From Antedon mediterranea (lineage: Eukaryota > Animalia > Echinodermata), in NCBI RefSeq assembly GCF_964355755.1, contig NC_092670.1, positions 5,322,201 to 5,386,200 on the forward strand: 64,000 nt of DNA. Direction: 5' to 3'. Position 1 is the first letter of the stretch. Every line of letters begins with the position of its first letter. Both the position numbers and the translations under genes were made by a program. Shown one piece after another: positions 59,684 through 64,000 of the stretch. A model generated the notes under the pieces. It was not told where the DNA came from. It was given only the letters and a program-made list of their open reading frames with translations, and searched no databases.

Positions 59684-59846
59684 ATAGTAGTAACCCTCCT
59701 TTGGCACACCTCTATTCAAGCGACACCCCTATTAAAAGTCCTAATTATGACCCTATCAAGGGTCCTAATTGTGACCCCTATTAAGGGTCCTAATTGTGAC
59801 CCCTATTAAGGGTCCTAATTGTGACCCCTAATAGGGGTTCAACTGT
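59684..59846. mobile_element. Degenerate Tc1/pogo-like MITE with about 25-bp tandem repeats (GACCCCTATTAAGGGTCCTAATTGT)
   Basis: Four tandem units; right end TAATAGGGGTTCAACTGT. Confidence 0.5.
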
Positions 59847-62217
59847 TGACAAGATCAGTTGCAACAAATTAGCAATCACAAATAAATCTTATTAATAATT
59901 ATAGCTTTTTAAAATAATATTGCCATGCATATTTATTATAATGCTGCATATTCTGTAATGTAGGCATCCAGATTTATATTATTTTTTAAATTATGAATTT
60001 ATTTTGTAGCATAAAAATCATCATTTTAGCATTGTTTTTATGTTTAATCTAGACAAACTGCACCACATGTTTTGTTTAAAGTGCACCTAATGTTTAAGTT
60101 TAACCTTTTCAGGATGTTTATGACTAAAATGTCAAGCAGTTGTTGCTCACTGGCTAAACCCAGGGCACCAGAGTTTAAGGGGCCCCAGATGAACAGCCTC
60201 AATGCAACTACCCAGCATTGGAAGGCCCCTTAGGTGTACTAAACCAGTGGCCTTTTCCCCTGTGTTACGCCACTTGTACAGTATCTGCACATGAATACAA
60301 ACCAATCATTTTTGCGATAGCTGCCTTCACAATGCTCATTGCTACCTCGATATCAAAGTTTTATTTGCACGATATTTTGCATTGCATAATTGTCACCATC
60401 GCATCGTGCCATAAAATATCATTACGTAAATATGACTAGAGAAGCAGTAGAAGAATTTAAATAAGTATTTTAGGTACTGAACAGTTTAATAATGTTCAAA
60501 TTGAATACTATTGCAACTACTGTGTTTGTATGATAGCAAGGGAATTATAGGGAGTACTGTATCCAATTGTAAATTTATATTGAACAATTTAATGATGTCA
60601 TGATTATGATTACTTTGTAATCATAAGTGTTTAAGCTTGGTTCCCACTGGGATGTAAGAACAATGCAAGCGAGTTGGCCAATGAGAAGAGACAGTTTGAA
60701 TGATACATCGCTTGGGATTGGTCAAAACACTTATGTTGTGTTGTGTCCTAGTGGTAGTCCAAGCTTTACTGTCAATAATATAAAAAAACTTGAGTTACTA
60801 CAAACATAACTTAGGAGAAAATATTAATATTGTTTTTCTCCCTGCTACGAAGAAATCTGTTTTAATAATTAATGTATTGTGATTGCAATACTAAAAATAT
60901 GTAGGTTAATTTTCATATTTCATACACTTATTTCTTTGTAGTTTAAATGCAATTCTGTGGCGATTTTAACAGTCATTTTATCGAGGTACTTGTTTGGTAC
61001 TGTGCACAGTACCGGATCCACAATTTCATTTTAGCTGTAAAAATGGAGTAACTAACTCCTAGCGCAACTTGTCTGTTGTAGTGCGACTAAAGCCATATTA
61101 TTATAGTGGTCTGTACAGGCCAGATTGTGGACCACAGCTGTACAGTAGGCAATATTTTTAATTACAAAAGTTATATATTAGTTTCTTCATCCGTCGACCA
61201 TTTATTAAACAATAAATATTTAATTTAATTCTCTCATCATGTTGTGTTTAAAAATACTCATTGTTTGGGTAATATACATTTTTTGTTTGGTGTTTATTTG
61301 CGGTGTTTTAGATAGGCCCCACATAATTTTATATCTGTATATTTAAAAAAAATAGCAATCCATGAAATATGTATATTTAAACAGATGTAATGCAAGGCTT
61401 TACCTTGCAAAGTAAAATAATTTTGTACTGAAAAACATATGCCAACATTATGGGAAAACAAATTGGAAATGTGTTATATGTAAACAGAAAAATATTTTGT
61501 ACAAAATTGTGAATTTAAAGGATTATTCCTAATTGTGAATTGCCTGTTCATGAATCGATCACAAAATTTAAGATTTATTTAGAAAATTTTATATAGAAAA
61601 TAAAAATGATCATGGAATCAAAATGTTAATATAAATGTTTATTTAAATTTTAAGTGGTAATTTTGTATGATTTTATTTTATAATCTGGGAATCCCTGTAC
61701 ACCTAAAAAATAGATTTAAATGTAATGGTTGAGTAACTTCATTTAATAACAAGCTGTTTTGTCCAAAATTAATGTTTGGTTTCCATTCTGTATAACCCTT
61801 TCAGAACACTCATTTTTTATCCTAATTGCTAACTCTTAAAAAGTGATTTCAATTCCATAATACACACTGGTTGTATAAATCACGTTTGAAATTAAACTTA
61901 AGTACCATGTCAATTTAATTATTGCCCTTGTTTGGTATAATTTTATAAACACATTATTTGTTTCATACCCAAACATTTATAGGTTCTAATGACTTGTTCT
62001 ACATTAGGGATTGGTACATTATAATTAGTTTTTACAACCGTTATATAAATTATCTAATAATTTTTGTTGTAAATGAAAATATTATTGTATTCTATTTATA
62101 TCTATCGTAGCGATGTCAACTAAGGGTTTGGGTTTATTTTTTAAGTATATGTTATTAAAACATTTTATGATATATAGATGATTGATTGATGGATTTCATT
62201 CGATATTGAATTAAAAT

Positions 62218-62587
62218 AGTAAAATATAAAAAGTACATAATTAGACCTGTGGTAGAATATGCTACACCGGATTGGCACCCAAACCTTAGCGATGAACATA
62301 CCAATGCTATTGAAAGAGTATAAAAACGTGCGTGTCGAATCATCTTCAATTATGTCTCATATGACGCAGCTTGTTCAAATTACAACCCCTTAAGGAACGA
62401 AGAACTGAATTATGTATTAAGTTTCGTACTTCTTTACTTAATTCTGAATTTAAAGAATGGTCACCACCCCTAAGAGAAGAAGCCCATAAGTACAATTTAA
62501 GAAATAGGAAACACCATACGATCCCCAGTGTCAAAACAGAATGATACAAACGTAACCCCATTCCCTACCTCGTAAATATTTAAATAA
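62218..62587 (+). mobile_element. Decayed LINE RT C-terminal fragment (L2/CR1 group)
   Basis: IIRPVVEYATPDWHPNLS...IERV*KRACRII...ERRTELCIKF...YNLRN...KTE*YKRNPIPYLV, with stops and frameshifts. Confidence 0.8.
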
Positions 62588-62944
62588 CCGGGCCTAATGC
62601 ATTTTACTTTTAATTCATATTCGCGGGGCAATTTCATTTCATTTATCTTTTTATTTCGGAATATCATGGTGACATAATATTATATCCATAGCAAAAGAGA
62701 GAAAAAAAAAATCTTAATCTAACAATAATATTATATTATTCCAAATTTCTGTTTTTATAATTGTATTTTATTATATAATGTATATTTTAAATTGTTTATC
62801 ATTTGTGTTCAATTCAATTTATTTCGAATTTCACAATACAAACAATAACACATATATCACACATGTTAGAAGAGTTGACTCTTCCTTTTTTTTAAATTCA
62901 CTTATTTTTTATTGGCATGATTTGCAAATGTAGCCTACTGTTCA

Positions 62945-63700
62945 CTATTTATTTTGCATTTGTGCAGATGCTTTTTCAAATTTAAGCAGCTTTGCCTTTG
63001 CTCGCCATAAATCAACTAATGTCCACATCATACATCCATTCTCATCCCTAGTGTTCCCACAATGTGTATCTTTTTCAAAGATCTCCTTCAATCCCTTGTA
63101 CAATGTCAAATCCTTGTCATACGGCCTTGAGTATCCAAAATCTAAAAGATGTTTCTCAACCTTTAACCGGTCTACTTTATTCTTGAACACGCTGCAAAAT
63201 ATGTCCTGCCTGTCTTTAAGTCCCTCGGCTATCTTATCTAAATCTTGGTTGATTTTTCTATATTCTGAATCCTGTTGATGAAGCGCTTTTTGAAATGAAA
63301 TCTGTGGATTTTTAGCTTCAAACTCATTCTCACGTTGTTTCAGAGCTGTAAGCTCACGTTGTAACTCTTCCTCTCTTTGGCGGTTTGAATTTTCTTTTCT
63401 TTTCGCAAGCCATACTGTAAAACAAAAAATTACAAATTCAAATAATAGTACTGTTGTATGAATGTTAATGGTCATACAAGCAATCATTCTTTTGATTTTG
63501 TGCTCATTTATATGCATCCTCCTTTAGTTCCCCCTCCCACCCAGCTTCCAAAACAAGAAAAAAACCAACTTACAAAAAAATGCAGTTGTCGCTGGTATTA
63601 AGAATGGAATCGCCTCACCAAAAATTCGACTAAGTCGCTGCTTCCATGGCTCATCACCAGGAGGCAGACTAAGATTATTTAATTTGATTTCATCTTTCAT
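62945..63700 (-). CDS. CCDC127: Coiled-coil domain-containing protein 127 homologue (198 aa)
   Basis: Exons 63700-63574 (MKDEIKLNNLSLPP...IPFLIPATTAFF) and 63414-62945 join in phase 1. Motifs LKDRQDIFCSVF...RLKVEKHLL...GLKEIFEKDTHCG...NGCMMW match my recollection of CCDC127 (LTERQNIYCSLF...RLEIEKSLL...GLTDIFQHDTYCG...NGRLMW). An acceptor at 63717-63718 implies an upstream UTR exon. Confidence 0.85.
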
Positions 63701-64000
63701 GGCTTGTTAGTATAGTCTGAAAAAAATGTAAAATAAAAATATTAGTAGAACTAGAAGTATGATCTTTATTTGTCATTTGCCTGTAGGCAATAAATAAATT
63801 ATAAATAGCGATTTATTTAGCTTTTTGGTGGCCATACTATTTGCTCAATTAATCATGACCGACGACGCAATAGTGCTGAAAACATCGCAGGTTTGATTTC
63901 ACGCAGGCGAGGGCAAACACAATTATTAGAAGGGCATTTTCTTACGTTGCGTAGATTGCGTTACGTCCCCCACCAGGAGTTTCATCCCTGAAAAGTTTCA

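Overview
AT-rich eukaryotic genomic DNA from an invertebrate, probably an echinoderm or other invertebrate deuterostome (inferred from the SRCR array, SINE types and 18S fragment). Five protein-coding genes could be built by hand with GT-AG junctions. (1) A secreted multi-SRCR, DMBT1-like gene on the minus strand that runs off the left edge. (2) Head-to-head with it, an uncharacterised secreted 1146-aa protein encoded by a single coding exon, with features suggestive of a helical pore-forming toxin. (3) A mucin-like type I membrane protein on the minus strand. (4) A complete AGO-clade Argonaute: 21 core exons plus two frame-preserving microexons in the C-terminal phospho-loop. (5) CCDC127 on the minus strand. 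Introns and intergenic DNA are dense with PIF/Harbinger MITEs, hAT-like, Mutator-like and Helentron-like non-autonomous elements, tRNA-derived SINEs and LINE fragments. A decayed 18S rRNA fragment lies in the 5'UTR intron of gene 2. The two most notable observations are that the SRCR gene and the toxin-like gene share a homologous, inverted first exon/promoter module (a candidate sensor-effector pair), and that the Argonaute carries Ser/Pro-rich cassette microexons at the loop that controls target release. All calls were made by eye, with no database searches.
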